NCBI GenBank assembly: GCA_958295785.1
Contig: OY282377.1
Location: forward strand, 3,328,385-3,392,384
DNA length: 64,000 nucleotides
DNA from: an uncultured Latescibacterota bacterium
Lineage (GTDB): Bacteria > Latescibacterota > UBA2968
Direction: 5' to 3'
Every line of letters begins with the position of its first letter. Position 1 is the stretch's first letter. Positions 27,326 through 37,466 of this stretch are shown here, piece after piece. The notes under the pieces are model-generated. The model did not search any database. It was not told the DNA's origin and was given only the letters and a program-made list of their open reading frames with translations. The translations under genes were made by a program, and so were the position numbers.

Positions 27326-28861
27326 ATGTCGAAAAAACAACCTTTTTCCCCTGTGGATTTGCAAAAAGACCTCAAGGATTTCCTCGAGCAAAAATACGGG
27401 AATCAGGTGGTCGTGCAACAGGGAGAACCCGCCGGGATGCGGGAAGGCCCGCGCGTGGAAGAACCCGCAGAGGAGACCATTGATTTTGACCTCAAACCCG
27501 AAGAATTAGAGGCGTATTTAGACGAGTATGTGGTCGAGCAGGGCGAGGCAAAAGAAGTGTTGGCAACCAAGATCTGCACGCACTACAACCGCATGAAGCT
27601 CGACCGCGAGGACCCGGAGTTTTCGCGCAAAAACGTGGGGCAGATCAAAAACAATATTCTCCTGATCGGGCCTACGGGCGTGGGCAAAACGTATTTGATC
27701 AAGTTGATTGCCCAACGCATTGGCGTGCCATTTGTCAAGGGCGATGCGACCAAATTCAGCGAAACGGGATATGTGGGCGGCGATGTCGAAGACCTCATTC
27801 GGGAACTGGTGCGCGAAGCCGATGGCAGCATTGCAAAGGCGCAATACGGCATTGTGTACATCGACGAAATCGACAAAATCGCGTCGGCCTCAAATCTGGC
27901 CGGCCCGGATGTATCGCGCACCGGCGTTCAGCGCAACTTGCTCAAGTTGATGGAAGAAACCGAGGTCGATCTCAAGGCGCCGCACGACCTCACGTCGCAG
28001 ATGGAATCGATGATGCAATTTCAGCGCAGCGGCAAAGTGGAGCGTCAAAAAATCAACACGCGCAATATCTTGTTTATCGTCAGCGGTGCGTTCAGCGACC
28101 TCGAAGATATCGTGCGAAAGCGGCTCAATTTGGGCAAAGTCGGGTTTCAATCCGGGCGCGACATATCCCATGAACAGGAACGGGATCGGACCACGCTTTT
28201 GCAGGAGGTCAAAACAGAAGACCTGATCGAATACGGGTTTGAATCCGAGTTTGTGGGGCGGTTGCCGGTTATGGCGATTTTGACGCCCCTGAGCGTTGAG
28301 AATCTCTACGCGATTTTGAAAAGCCCGACGAGTTCGGTGATCGTGGGCAAGAAACGCGATTTCAAAGCCTACGGTATCGATCTGACCTTTGACGATGCCG
28401 CGCTCGGGTTGTTGGCCGAACAAGCCGCTTTGGAACAAACGGGGGCGCGAAGCCTGGTCAGCGTTTGTGAACGCGCCTTGCTCAAATTTGAAAAATCGTT
28501 GCCATCCACGGATATCGCCGCGTTTCGCGTCACGCCAAATGTGATCGAATCCCCCGAGCACGCGCTTCAGCAATTGCTGGTCTCGCGGGGCACGGGCGCG
28601 TTTGTCGAGCAATTTCGGGGCACCTATGGCATCGCGCTCGCCTTTGACAATGAGGCACTTGGGGAACTCGCCGATAAGGCCGCCAACGAACATCGCACCG
28701 TTGACGAGGTCTGTCAGGCATTGTTCGACGATTACGGGCACGGGCTGAAATTGTTGGGGCACGCATCTTTTGAAATCACCGCAGAAGCCGTGCGCCAGCC
28801 CAAAGCCTTTCTCAATGGTTTGGTCAAGGCGTTCTATCAAGCGGATAGGGCACAAAAATAA
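27326..28861 (+). CDS. ClpX-like AAA+ ATPase lacking the N-terminal zinc-binding domain, with extended/duplicated C-terminal small domain
   Basis: Walker A ILLIGPTGVGKTYL. ATKFSETGYVGGDVEDLIREL, then Walker B GIVYIDEIDKIA. Sensor region SRTGVQRNLLKLMEE as in ClpX. No C4 zinc finger at the N-terminus. Confidence 0.7.
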   Translation: MSKKQPFSPVDLQKDLKDFLEQKYGNQVVVQQGEPAGMREGPRVEEPAEETIDFDLKPEELEAYLDEYVVEQGEAKEVLATKICTHYNRMKLDREDPEFSRKNVGQIKNNILLIGPTGVGKTYLIKLIAQRIGVPFVKGDATKFSETGYVGGDVEDLIRELVREADGSIAKAQYGIVYIDEIDKIASASNLAGPDVSRTGVQRNLLKLMEETEVDLKAPHDLTSQMESMMQFQRSGKVERQKINTRNILFIVSGAFSDLEDIVRKRLNLGKVGFQSGRDISHEQERDRTTLLQEVKTEDLIEYGFESEFVGRLPVMAILTPLSVENLYAILKSPTSSVIVGKKRDFKAYGIDLTFDDAALGLLAEQAALEQTGARSLVSVCERALLKFEKSLPSTDIAAFRVTPNVIESPEHALQQLLVSRGTGAFVEQFRGTYGIALAFDNEALGELADKAANEHRTVDEVCQALFDDYGHGLKLLGHASFEITAEAVRQPKAFLNGLVKAFYQADRAQK

Positions 28862-28871
28862 ACCTTACCCT

Positions 28872-29126
28872 CTACAAAATCCCCTTCGCCTTCAACCGCA
28901 CAATCAACTCCTCTTGCATCCGATTGCCATTCAGCGGGAAATCGCGTCGCGTCTTCGCATCCAACAGACGCTGAAATTCATATAGATCATCGACTTGCAC
29001 TGCCGAGCGGCGCAACTGCTTGAGCCGTTGCAAATCGTCAATGGCCCGAATGCCAGCGGCGAATTGATCGGCCACGGGCGGATCAAAGCGAATCTCCAGC
29101 ACATCAATTTGGTATCGGATGGTCAC
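28872..29126 (-). CDS. hypothetical protein (84 aa)
   Basis: ORF immediately downstream of murQ on the same strand, with a 4-nt overlap. Confidence 0.3.
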   Translation of the reverse strand: MTIRYQIDVLEIRFDPPVADQFAAGIRAIDDLQRLKQLRRSAVQVDDLYEFQRLLDAKTRRDFPLNGNRMQEELIVRLKAKGIL

Positions 29127-30025
29127 TCCCCCAAGACCGCGTTTAAGACACCCTTATTTTTTTTGAGCAATGCACGGGCTGTTTCGATAGAGACAGCCCG
29201 TTTTGTCATGACGAGGGCGGTTTTGAGGTCGCCCTGTGCGCGGTCGAGTGCTTTGCGGCTTTCTTCCGGGGGGAGATCCGCGATAAGTCCCAAAATGCGC
29301 TGGGCGCGATCCGAGAGTTTGTCGCAGGTGGGGGCGAGATCGATCATCAGGTTTTCATAGACTTTGCCCAAGCGGATCATCGCGGTCGTGGTGATCATGT
29401 TGAGGACGAGTTTGGTCGCCGTGCCCGCTTTCATGCGCGTGGACCCGGCGATGACTTCCGGCCCGACGACTGGGACGATTGCAACATCTGCGCGTGCGGT
29501 TCGCGCGGGATTGCATGTGAAAAACACGGTCTTCGCGCCGATGCGTTGGGCATATTCGAGCGCGCCGAGGACAAAGGGCGTGACCCCACTCGCCGCAATG
29601 CCCATAACGACATCATCGGATGTACAGGCGCGGGCTTCAAGGGCCGCTTTTCCGTCTTCGGGGTGATCTTCCGCACCTTCTTGCGACTGCGTCAACGCGG
29701 GCACACCGCCTGCGATAATGCCCTGCACCATGTCGGGTTGTATGCCGTAGGTCGGCGGGCATTCAGCCGCGTCGAGCACGCCGAGCCGCCCGCTGGTTCC
29801 CGCGCCCACGTAAAAGAGCCGCCCGCCCTTTTGAAATGCCGATACCACGAGATCGACAGCGCGGGCAATGTCGCCTATCGCGCCTTCAACCGCGCGGGCG
29901 ATTTTTTGATCTTCGGCATTGATGATTCGCAGCGCATCTACTGTGGAACAGCGGTCGATGTGCGTGCTGTTGGGGTTGCGCTGTTCCGTGAGCAACCCCG
30001 CCCATTTTGAGGCTTGCTCGTTCAT
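29123..30025 (-). CDS. murQ: N-acetylmuramic acid 6-phosphate etherase MurQ (SIS domain)
   Basis: MNEQASKWAGLLTEQRNPNSTHID...GRLFYVGAGTSGRLGVLDAAECPPTYG matches MurQ. Confidence 0.8.
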   Translation of the reverse strand: MNEQASKWAGLLTEQRNPNSTHIDRCSTVDALRIINAEDQKIARAVEGAIGDIARAVDLVVSAFQKGGRLFYVGAGTSGRLGVLDAAECPPTYGIQPDMVQGIIAGGVPALTQSQEGAEDHPEDGKAALEARACTSDDVVMGIAASGVTPFVLGALEYAQRIGAKTVFFTCNPARTARADVAIVPVVGPEVIAGSTRMKAGTATKLVLNMITTTAMIRLGKVYENLMIDLAPTCDKLSDRAQRILGLIADLPPEESRKALDRAQGDLKTALVMTKRAVSIETARALLKKNKGVLNAVLGE

Positions 30026-30178
30026 CTCTGCCTCCGAGAAATGCAACCACAGATAAACGCGGAGAGAATGCCAGGAAAATGCCAAAAACCCTCAGACAAT
30101 CCCTCGCAAAACCCATCTTCATTCCCCCCTTTTTAGGGGAGTATAAGAGGAGAGGCCGACCACTGACCCCTGATTTTT

Positions 30179-32941
30179 TTATTCATCTTCATTCATGCGC
30201 CGAAGGGTCTGACGCAGCGCGTCGATGCTTTGTCCGTAATCGGAAAACGCGCCCGAGCGCAAGTGTTTTTGGGCGGTTTCAAATTGGCGATAGGCCTGGC
30301 GGGCGAGTGCTTCGAGGTCTTCGGGCAAATTTTCAGACGCGGGCAGGGCTTTGATTTTGGCAAACACCCTGTCGAGCGCGTCGTTGAGGTCTTCGCCCAT
30401 CGCGAGGCGGTCCCCGTGAATGGCGAGCACGCGCTTGAGTTCTGGCATGCCGTTTTGGGAGGCGCGCAAATAGAGCGGTTCAACGTAAATGAACGAGTTG
30501 CGGATGGGAATGACCAGCAAATTGCCGCGTATGACATCGGAGCCGCGCTGATCCCACAGGGTGATCTCGCGGGAAATATCCGTGTCTTGATTGATGCGTT
30601 GTTCGATGAGCATCGGCCCGTAGATGAGCTTTTCCTTGGGCAGTTTATAGACCGTGAGTTGTCCGTAATTTTCGCCATCGCAACGCGCGAAAATCCAGCC
30701 GATCATGTTGGGTTTGTTCGATGGCGTGGCCGGAAGCATGAGGATGTATTCTTCGCGCTCCTCACCGGGCAAGCGAGCCATCACGTAATACGGGTGCATG
30801 CGAATGGGGCGGTCCATCGTGCCGTAGTATTCCGTGGGGATTTCCCACACATCTTCGCGGTTGTAGAACACGATGGGCGAGGTCATGTGATAGGTGTTGT
30901 AGAGCGATGCCTGAATGTCGAAAAGGTCGATGGGATAGCGCAGGTGGGCGCGCAGCGCGGGACTGATTTCATCGGCTGATTTGAACAGGTCCGGAAAAAT
31001 CGCCATATAGGTTTTGAGCAGCGGATCGCTCGTATCCCATGCGTAGAAAGAGACGCTGCCATGGTACGCGTCCAGCACCACTTTGACCGAATTGCGGATG
31101 TAATTCATTTCCCGCACATAAGGCCGGCCATAAGGCATAGAATAGGGGAACATGTTGGAGATCGTATAGGCGTCCTGTATCCAGACCAAGCGGCCTTCGA
31201 CCAAGACGAGATAGGGGTCGCTGTCGAAGTGGAGAAAGGGCGCGATTTTGTCGAACCGCCGAGGGGCATTTTCGCCAAAGCGCGTGCCGATGTGCCGGTC
31301 GAACATCATGCGGCTTTGCGGCGTGATCGCATCGGTAAAGAGGATGAAGGGATCGGCAAAGCGCAGGGCAAACGCGAGGCGCGTCAAAAACCCGCCCATG
31401 GGCACGCCGCCGCGCCCTTTGTAGGTCGTATAAATATTTTCATCGCCTTTGGGATAGTCGAACTCCGGGGTGTTGGTCTGAACGAGGACGTAGTCGCGCA
31501 TGTCCTCGCCGTAGTAGAGTTCGGGGCGGGCAACCGCAAGCCCGGCCGATGCGGCAGGGGGAATATCCTTGAGGAGAAACCCGGGCAGTCCCTCGGCGGC
31601 GATCTCGTTGGCCGGACTCATGACCAAGCCGTATCCGTGCGTGTACACCAGATGGCGATTGACCCACGTATCCCCGGGCAGGTCGCGCGGGTTTCTGGCG
31701 AGTTCGCGCGCGGCCAGCATGACCTGCCGATAGTCGCCATCAATGCGATAGCGATCCACATCCACACTGCGGAACTTGTAGTAGGATCGAATTTCCTGAA
31801 TCTGCGAGTACGTGTCCATCAAGGGCCGCCGGTCCCACAGGGGAATGCTCTGTATGGTGGCCTGATTGTTTTCGATATCGCGCGCCGTGAGGTCGGATTC
31901 TCCGGGAAAGGGCACTTCCTCAATTTTGTCCAAGGCATAAGCTTTGCGCGTGTAGTTGATGGCGTGTTGGATATAAGGGGCTTCCCGGTCAAATTCATTC
32001 GCCCGCACGACCACGAGTTCAAAGACAATGGGGATGAACCAACTCGCGACAATAAGCGCGCCGAGATAGGCCGCCGCGCCAAATCCGGGAATTTTCCAAG
32101 TGCGTAAGCGCGTGTTGTAAATGAGCAACCCCGCGAGGACAATGAGGCCGACGAGCATGACGCGATAGGCCAGAATCTGAATGTTGAGGTCCGTGTAGCC
32201 CGCGCCAAAAAAGGCTTCTTTGCGAAAGGAGTAGAGCAGTTCGTATTCTTTGAGCCAATAGCCCCACGCGAGTAAGAGGCCGAGCGCGGCGGCGAGAACC
32301 GAGATGTGCGCCCGCACATGCGGGGTTGTGATCCAGCGTTTGTCGTCGTAGCGAATGGCTCGGTCTCTGTGATAGGAAACAGTTGTGAAGATGCCCGTTA
32401 CGAGGATGGCGGCGATAAACCAACCCTGCAAAAAATTGTACAGCGGCAGGCTGAAAACGTAAAATGCGAGGTCGTACCCAAAAATGGGATCCGCAAGGCC
32501 AAAAGCAGAGGGATGGGCGTATTTGAGGACAACGGGCCACGCCGCGGTGCTCGCAACGCCCATAAAAAAGGACAACAGCGCGACAATGCCGATCCATGCG
32601 TAGCGTTGCCGGCGGGAGTGATCGGGCGGTGTGGAAACATCGCCATCAATGACGACCTCGAGCGCCATGATGCGCGTGGGTTGTCCATAATGCCGAGCAG
32701 CGGCAATGCTCAGGCCGCAGATCAGGGCAAACGCGCTGCCAAATGCAAACAAGACGAGGGTCTTGGTGCGGATGACCGTGACATAGGTATCGCGGAACCC
32801 GAGTTCTGAAAACCAGAGATAATCGGTATAGACCACCGCGAGCAGCCTAAGCCCGATGAACGCAGCAAAAACAGCAAAACCCAAAATGAGTATGATCAGC
32901 GTGCGTTTTGGCATGAGAATTTCCGGTTTTTGAAAAAGCAA
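30179..32941 (-). CDS. UPF0182-family large membrane protein
   Basis: 920 aa with N-terminal TM helices MPKRTLIILILGFAVFAAFIGLRLLAVVYTDYLWFSELGF, typical of UPF0182. Confidence 0.7.
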   Translation of the reverse strand: MLFQKPEILMPKRTLIILILGFAVFAAFIGLRLLAVVYTDYLWFSELGFRDTYVTVIRTKTLVLFAFGSAFALICGLSIAAARHYGQPTRIMALEVVIDGDVSTPPDHSRRQRYAWIGIVALLSFFMGVASTAAWPVVLKYAHPSAFGLADPIFGYDLAFYVFSLPLYNFLQGWFIAAILVTGIFTTVSYHRDRAIRYDDKRWITTPHVRAHISVLAAALGLLLAWGYWLKEYELLYSFRKEAFFGAGYTDLNIQILAYRVMLVGLIVLAGLLIYNTRLRTWKIPGFGAAAYLGALIVASWFIPIVFELVVVRANEFDREAPYIQHAINYTRKAYALDKIEEVPFPGESDLTARDIENNQATIQSIPLWDRRPLMDTYSQIQEIRSYYKFRSVDVDRYRIDGDYRQVMLAARELARNPRDLPGDTWVNRHLVYTHGYGLVMSPANEIAAEGLPGFLLKDIPPAASAGLAVARPELYYGEDMRDYVLVQTNTPEFDYPKGDENIYTTYKGRGGVPMGGFLTRLAFALRFADPFILFTDAITPQSRMMFDRHIGTRFGENAPRRFDKIAPFLHFDSDPYLVLVEGRLVWIQDAYTISNMFPYSMPYGRPYVREMNYIRNSVKVVLDAYHGSVSFYAWDTSDPLLKTYMAIFPDLFKSADEISPALRAHLRYPIDLFDIQASLYNTYHMTSPIVFYNREDVWEIPTEYYGTMDRPIRMHPYYVMARLPGEEREEYILMLPATPSNKPNMIGWIFARCDGENYGQLTVYKLPKEKLIYGPMLIEQRINQDTDISREITLWDQRGSDVIRGNLLVIPIRNSFIYVEPLYLRASQNGMPELKRVLAIHGDRLAMGEDLNDALDRVFAKIKALPASENLPEDLEALARQAYRQFETAQKHLRSGAFSDYGQSIDALRQTLRRMNEDE

Positions 32942-33266
32942 CTGCGGATGAACACAGATGACGCAGATAGGGGCTAAACGCCGATAGCCGACAGTTTCCT
33001 TTTGAAGTCACACATGGGGTTAAAGTACAAGAAACGAATGGGTTGAACAAGGTTTTTGTCTGCGTGCGTGCAATGCGTGTTTGCCCGTTTTAGAACTTGA
33101 CAAAGATGGGATATGGCTTTATTCATAAATGCGAATTGCAGGTCAAAAACGCGATTGCCAATGTGCATATTTTTGACGTGAGAGACCCCGCTTATGTTGT
33201 CTTTCGGCAGGCGAATTGAGCGTCTCCGCGTTTTCTTCTCTCATTTTTTTCAATCAAAGATCGAAA

Positions 33267-34631
33267 ATGGACGTTATCCAAGCATTGCATACACCGCGCA
33301 CAAAACCGCCCGTGGCGTTTAAAGATCTCGCGCATCGCGCGTTGCGCCGAGACGAATTTTGGCGGCGCATTCCCGCTTTTAGAAACACAGACGCACGCAC
33401 CTTTCACTCGCATGTGTTTCAGATGCGCCATTCGATTACCAGCGTGGGCAAGTTGAGGGCCGCCATTGGCGATCTCGTGTCCGATGGCTTTTATCGAGAA
33501 GTCGTGGCAGGGCTGCAACACGCGCCGATGAGCGTGCGAATTTCGCCGTATATTTTGAGCTTGATCAATTGGGATGACCCGTATTGCGATCCGATTCGCA
33601 AACAATTTTTGTCCCTCAGATGCGAGCAAAAGATAGATCACCCCGAGTTGCACCTCGATTCGCTCAACGAATTGGGAGACGCGCCCGTTGCGGGGTTGAC
33701 CCATCGCTATCCAGACCGCGTGTTGTTTCTCGTGTTGGACACCTGCCCCGTGTATTGCCGGTTTTGCACCCGAAGTTATGCGGTGGGGTTGGATACGGAA
33801 GATGTCGAAAAGGTGAATCTGCGGGTCAATCGGGCGCGGTGGGACGACGCGATAGGCTATATCCAATCGCGCATCGAGGTCGAAGATGTGGTGGTCAGCG
33901 GGGGCGACGTGTATCAACTCAAGGCCGATCAGTTGGAAGAATTGGGCAACCGCCTGTTGGATATCGACCACATTCGGCGCTTCCGGTTTGCCACCAAAGG
34001 CCCGGCCGTGATGCCGCAAAAACTCATTGCGGATGACGCATGGGTCGATGCGCTGACGCGCGTGGTGGATCGCGGGCGTGCCATGCACAAAGACGTGGTT
34101 CTGCACACGCATTTCAATCACCCCGCGGAAATCACGGACATCACGCAGGATGGACTCAATCGGCTGCTGTCGCGCGGGATCGCGATTCGCAACCAAGCCG
34201 TGTTGCAGCGCGGCGTGAATGACGACACTGAGACGATGATGCTCTTGGTCAAACGGCTGAGTTATCTCAATGTGCAACCCTATTACGTGTTTTTTCACGA
34301 TCTCGTGCGCGGCGTTGAAGATTTACGCACCACGCTCGATGACGGCCTCGCCCTTGAAAAAGCCATTCGCGGCACCACATCCGGGTTTAACATGCCCACG
34401 TTCATCGTGGATACCCTGGGCGGCGGCGGAAAGCGAGACGCGCATTCTTATGAGTATTACAATCGGGAAACCGGGATCGCCGTTTATATCAGCCCCGTGG
34501 TCAAGCCCGACGCCTTTTTCTTGTATTTTGATCCGCTTTGGCGTTTGAGCCGAGATGTTCAGGCGCGGTGGCAGGATGAGGTGGAGAGGAACAAGATGAA
34601 GGCAGAGGCGATAGAAGCGGCGGGAAGATGA
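33267..34631 (+). CDS. KamA-family radical SAM aminomutase (lysine 2,3-aminomutase-like)
   Basis: CPVYCRFCTRSY gives the CxxxCxxC cluster motif. Overall length fits KamA/EpmB-like proteins. Confidence 0.7.
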   Translation: MDVIQALHTPRTKPPVAFKDLAHRALRRDEFWRRIPAFRNTDARTFHSHVFQMRHSITSVGKLRAAIGDLVSDGFYREVVAGLQHAPMSVRISPYILSLINWDDPYCDPIRKQFLSLRCEQKIDHPELHLDSLNELGDAPVAGLTHRYPDRVLFLVLDTCPVYCRFCTRSYAVGLDTEDVEKVNLRVNRARWDDAIGYIQSRIEVEDVVVSGGDVYQLKADQLEELGNRLLDIDHIRRFRFATKGPAVMPQKLIADDAWVDALTRVVDRGRAMHKDVVLHTHFNHPAEITDITQDGLNRLLSRGIAIRNQAVLQRGVNDDTETMMLLVKRLSYLNVQPYYVFFHDLVRGVEDLRTTLDDGLALEKAIRGTTSGFNMPTFIVDTLGGGGKRDAHSYEYYNRETGIAVYISPVVKPDAFFLYFDPLWRLSRDVQARWQDEVERNKMKAEAIEAAGR

Positions 34632-34714
34632 GAGGTGAGACAGGAGAGATGAGAAGGCCACCCATCTGTCATTCCGGCGAAAGCCGAAATCCAGTTCGCT
34701 TAAGTAATCAGCAA

Positions 34715-34865
34715 TCAGCAGTCAACCCGTAGGGACAGGCCCCTGTGCCTGTCCTCTCTTTATTTTTCTTCATCTGTGTTCATCCCTGCTTACATCACTC
34801 AGGGACATGCCTGTGGTTGCTTTTAGGGACAGATTGGGCGGGGGCTGAACGCTGATTGCCAAAAG
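34715..34865. repeat. REP-like palindromic repeats
   Basis: cagcaatcagcagtcaacccgtagggacaggcccctgtgcctgtcc plus gggcgggggctgaacgctgatt. Confidence 0.7.
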
Positions 34866-34986
34866 CTGAACGCTCATTACGCAAAAGGGGCGACCAAACG
34901 CGGTCGTCCCTTTTTGTCATGAGAATATGTCGTTGAAAAATAAAATGATACTCAGAATGGATAGGGCTGTCAACTCAGTGCGTTGT

Positions 34987-35453
34987 TCACGGCGATTCGC
35001 ACAGCCAGCGTGCCATAGCTTTATCGGGATCGGCGATTTCTTCGAGGGAGGAGTAATAATAATCTTCCCAGCCGCGTTCTGGCAAACCCGTAAAGAGCAT
35101 GAGGTTGAGGGGATAGTGTTCCGAGTCGGTGCAACGGCGGAAGTCATCGCGGAAGAGAAAGGTTTTTTTCCCCAAAGCAATGGCAACGCCGAGCTCGACC
35201 ATCACGCCTTCATCGGGTGGGGTGCCATTGACAATGGCAAATACGGCGTCCGATTCCCCGACATCGCGCAGGTCGGCCTGCCCGATTTGATACGCCCATC
35301 CGGCTCGTGTCCGGTCAATTTGCTTGTTGCGTTCAAAAGGCTCCCAAACTTCTGCGCCCAGGGATTCGAGCGCGTGAACAAATTCGGGCAAGAGGTTCTG
35401 TTTCTGTTGCGCTGAAAATCCGTAGGGGCTGGCGAGATAAATCGTTTTGGACA
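34987..35453 (-). CDS. nucleoside 2-deoxyribosyltransferase-like protein
   Basis: RBS GGAGG. MSKTIYLASPYGF ... GVMVELGVAIALGKKTF matches the NDT family. Confidence 0.65.
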
Positions 35454-35544
35454 TGGCGGCCTCCGAAAAAAATAATAGACGAATCAACGAATGGATGAAT
35501 CGCAGGGGCACGGCCCCCGTGCTCGTGTGAAAATCAGTGGTCAG

Positions 35545-36075
35545 TTGTTATACCAAATTGAATAGCTATTATCCTCATGTGATGCGCTATGTTGCCAGCA
35601 AGCGATCCCCTTGACCTCAGAGAAGCCATTGCAACCAGGCCATCCCAAAAGACCATCAGACAAAACCATCACGCACAGCGCGCAAGGCCATCTCGCAACA
35701 CACATCCATCTTGCAACTCTCTTCGCAGGCCAACGCATGTCGTGCGACCCGCAAAGCGATTTGCGCTGTGCCAGCCTCTCGGCGCATGAGAGCGGCATTT
35801 TTGAACTGCTAAGGCAGTTGTACCCCGCTCGCCTACTTTTTTTGCTGTTGAAAAAAAGGAAGTCGCCGCACGCCGTAGGCACAGGCGTAGCCAACGCATC
35901 GAAGGCAACCCAGGAGGAGTTAGGACCAAACGCTTTAGACAAGCAACGCCTGAGTGCTACGGAACGTCTGTTCCTCATTTCTCATTCCTCATTCCTCATT
36001 CCTCTCTGATGGGAGGCAAGATACGGACAACTTAAAATCAAATTGGTATTGGGGGAGTAGGTCCCGATAATTTTA
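35545..36075 (-). repeat. ~530-bp element copy B (inverted relative to copy A)
   Basis: ataccaaattga...tcaaattggtat termini. Internal ggggtacaactgccttagcagtt. Contains (aatgagg)n. Confidence 0.7.
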
Positions 36076-36161
36076 AGATGGCTTCTGACATTTGGCAATG
36101 ACTTTCGCCTTGCATGCGCGGTACTTGAAAGATATAATAGCGTCTCAACTGCGAGAGCGAA

Positions 36162-37442
36162 ATGGGATTTTTACCAAAAAAGGGCAATGCGCGGTTCAAT
36201 TTTATCGTGGGCGTGTTCAACGGCGGGGTGTTCGCATTTGGCATATCGTTTTTAGACCCCACAACTGTTTTGCCCGTTTTTATTCGGCATTTTACGACAT
36301 CGGATACGCTGGTCGGGTTGGGCAGTTCGCTGCACCGTGCGGGTTGGCATTTGCCGCAGTTGCTCGTGGCGGGATATTTGGAGCGGCGCGTGCGGCGGTT
36401 GCCCGTGTACAGGCAGGCCAATGCCGTGCGTATGTCCCTGATTTGGGCCATTGTGCCCCTGATCGCGTGGTATGGACTGGCGCGGCCAGGTTTGGTGTTG
36501 GGCGGGTTTCTCGTCCTGTATGGCGTGGCGTCTTTGTTTGGCGGGCTTGCGGGCAATGCCTATACCGATATTGTGGGCAAATCCCTGCCGCGGTCGCACA
36601 CGGGCTTGTTTTACGCCTCCCGTTCGTTTTTGGGCGGCGTGTTGAGTATTATCGCGGGCGTATTGATCGAGTATTTTCTGCGCCCCGCAAATGGATATGA
36701 TTTTCCGATGAACTACGGCGCGATTTTCGCCCTGGGCGCGGGAATGATGAGTTTGGGCATTGGGTGTTTTTGTCTGGTTCGAGAGCCAGAGGGCGAGGTG
36801 AGCGCGGCGCAGAGAAACGCCATTGAGGTGATGCGCGGCATTCCGCGCTTGTTGCGCCGAGATCGCAATTTCGGTCGTTTTCTCTGGGTGCAAATCCTGT
36901 CTTCTGGCATCGGGTTTTCACTCCCGTTTTACGTGGTGCTCGCCCGCGAGGCGTTTGGCATTTCAGAAAGTACGGTCGGCTTTTTTTTGGCTGTGCAAAC
37001 CATTGGCGCGGCTGTTTTTAACGTGATATGGGGGCAGTTGTCCATCAAGCGCGGCAACCACCGCGTGGTGTTGGCCGCCGTGTTGGGCGTGGCGCTGATC
37101 CCGTGTTTGGCATTGGTTTTGAGCAGCTATGCCAGTGTGTTGCAACGCGCTTCCGAATGGGTGATCGCAGGCTGTTTCGCGCCGATTTTTTTTCTAATCG
37201 GCGGCACCACAACGGGCATTTTCATCGGGTTCAAAAGTTATCTTTTGGATATCGCCCCCGCAGAACGCCGCCCGACTTATGTGGGCATCACCAATACCGT
37301 GCTGGGCGTGGGGTCGCTCTATCCCATACTGGGCGGCGTGCTCGCGGATATGGTGCATCTACAAGGCGTGTTTGCCCTGTCTGCCCTCACGGTCTTTGCG
37401 GGGCTGTGGCTGTGTTTTTATTTGAAAGCGATGGGTCGTTAA
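36162..37442 (+). CDS. MFS transporter
   Basis: 12-TM hydrophobicity pattern, 426 aa. Confidence 0.65.
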   Translation: MGFLPKKGNARFNFIVGVFNGGVFAFGISFLDPTTVLPVFIRHFTTSDTLVGLGSSLHRAGWHLPQLLVAGYLERRVRRLPVYRQANAVRMSLIWAIVPLIAWYGLARPGLVLGGFLVLYGVASLFGGLAGNAYTDIVGKSLPRSHTGLFYASRSFLGGVLSIIAGVLIEYFLRPANGYDFPMNYGAIFALGAGMMSLGIGCFCLVREPEGEVSAAQRNAIEVMRGIPRLLRRDRNFGRFLWVQILSSGIGFSLPFYVVLAREAFGISESTVGFFLAVQTIGAAVFNVIWGQLSIKRGNHRVVLAAVLGVALIPCLALVLSSYASVLQRASEWVIAGCFAPIFFLIGGTTTGIFIGFKSYLLDIAPAERRPTYVGITNTVLGVGSLYPILGGVLADMVHLQGVFALSALTVFAGLWLCFYLKAMGR

Positions 37443-37466
37443 GCGAACATTTTCGAGGAGTGAGCA

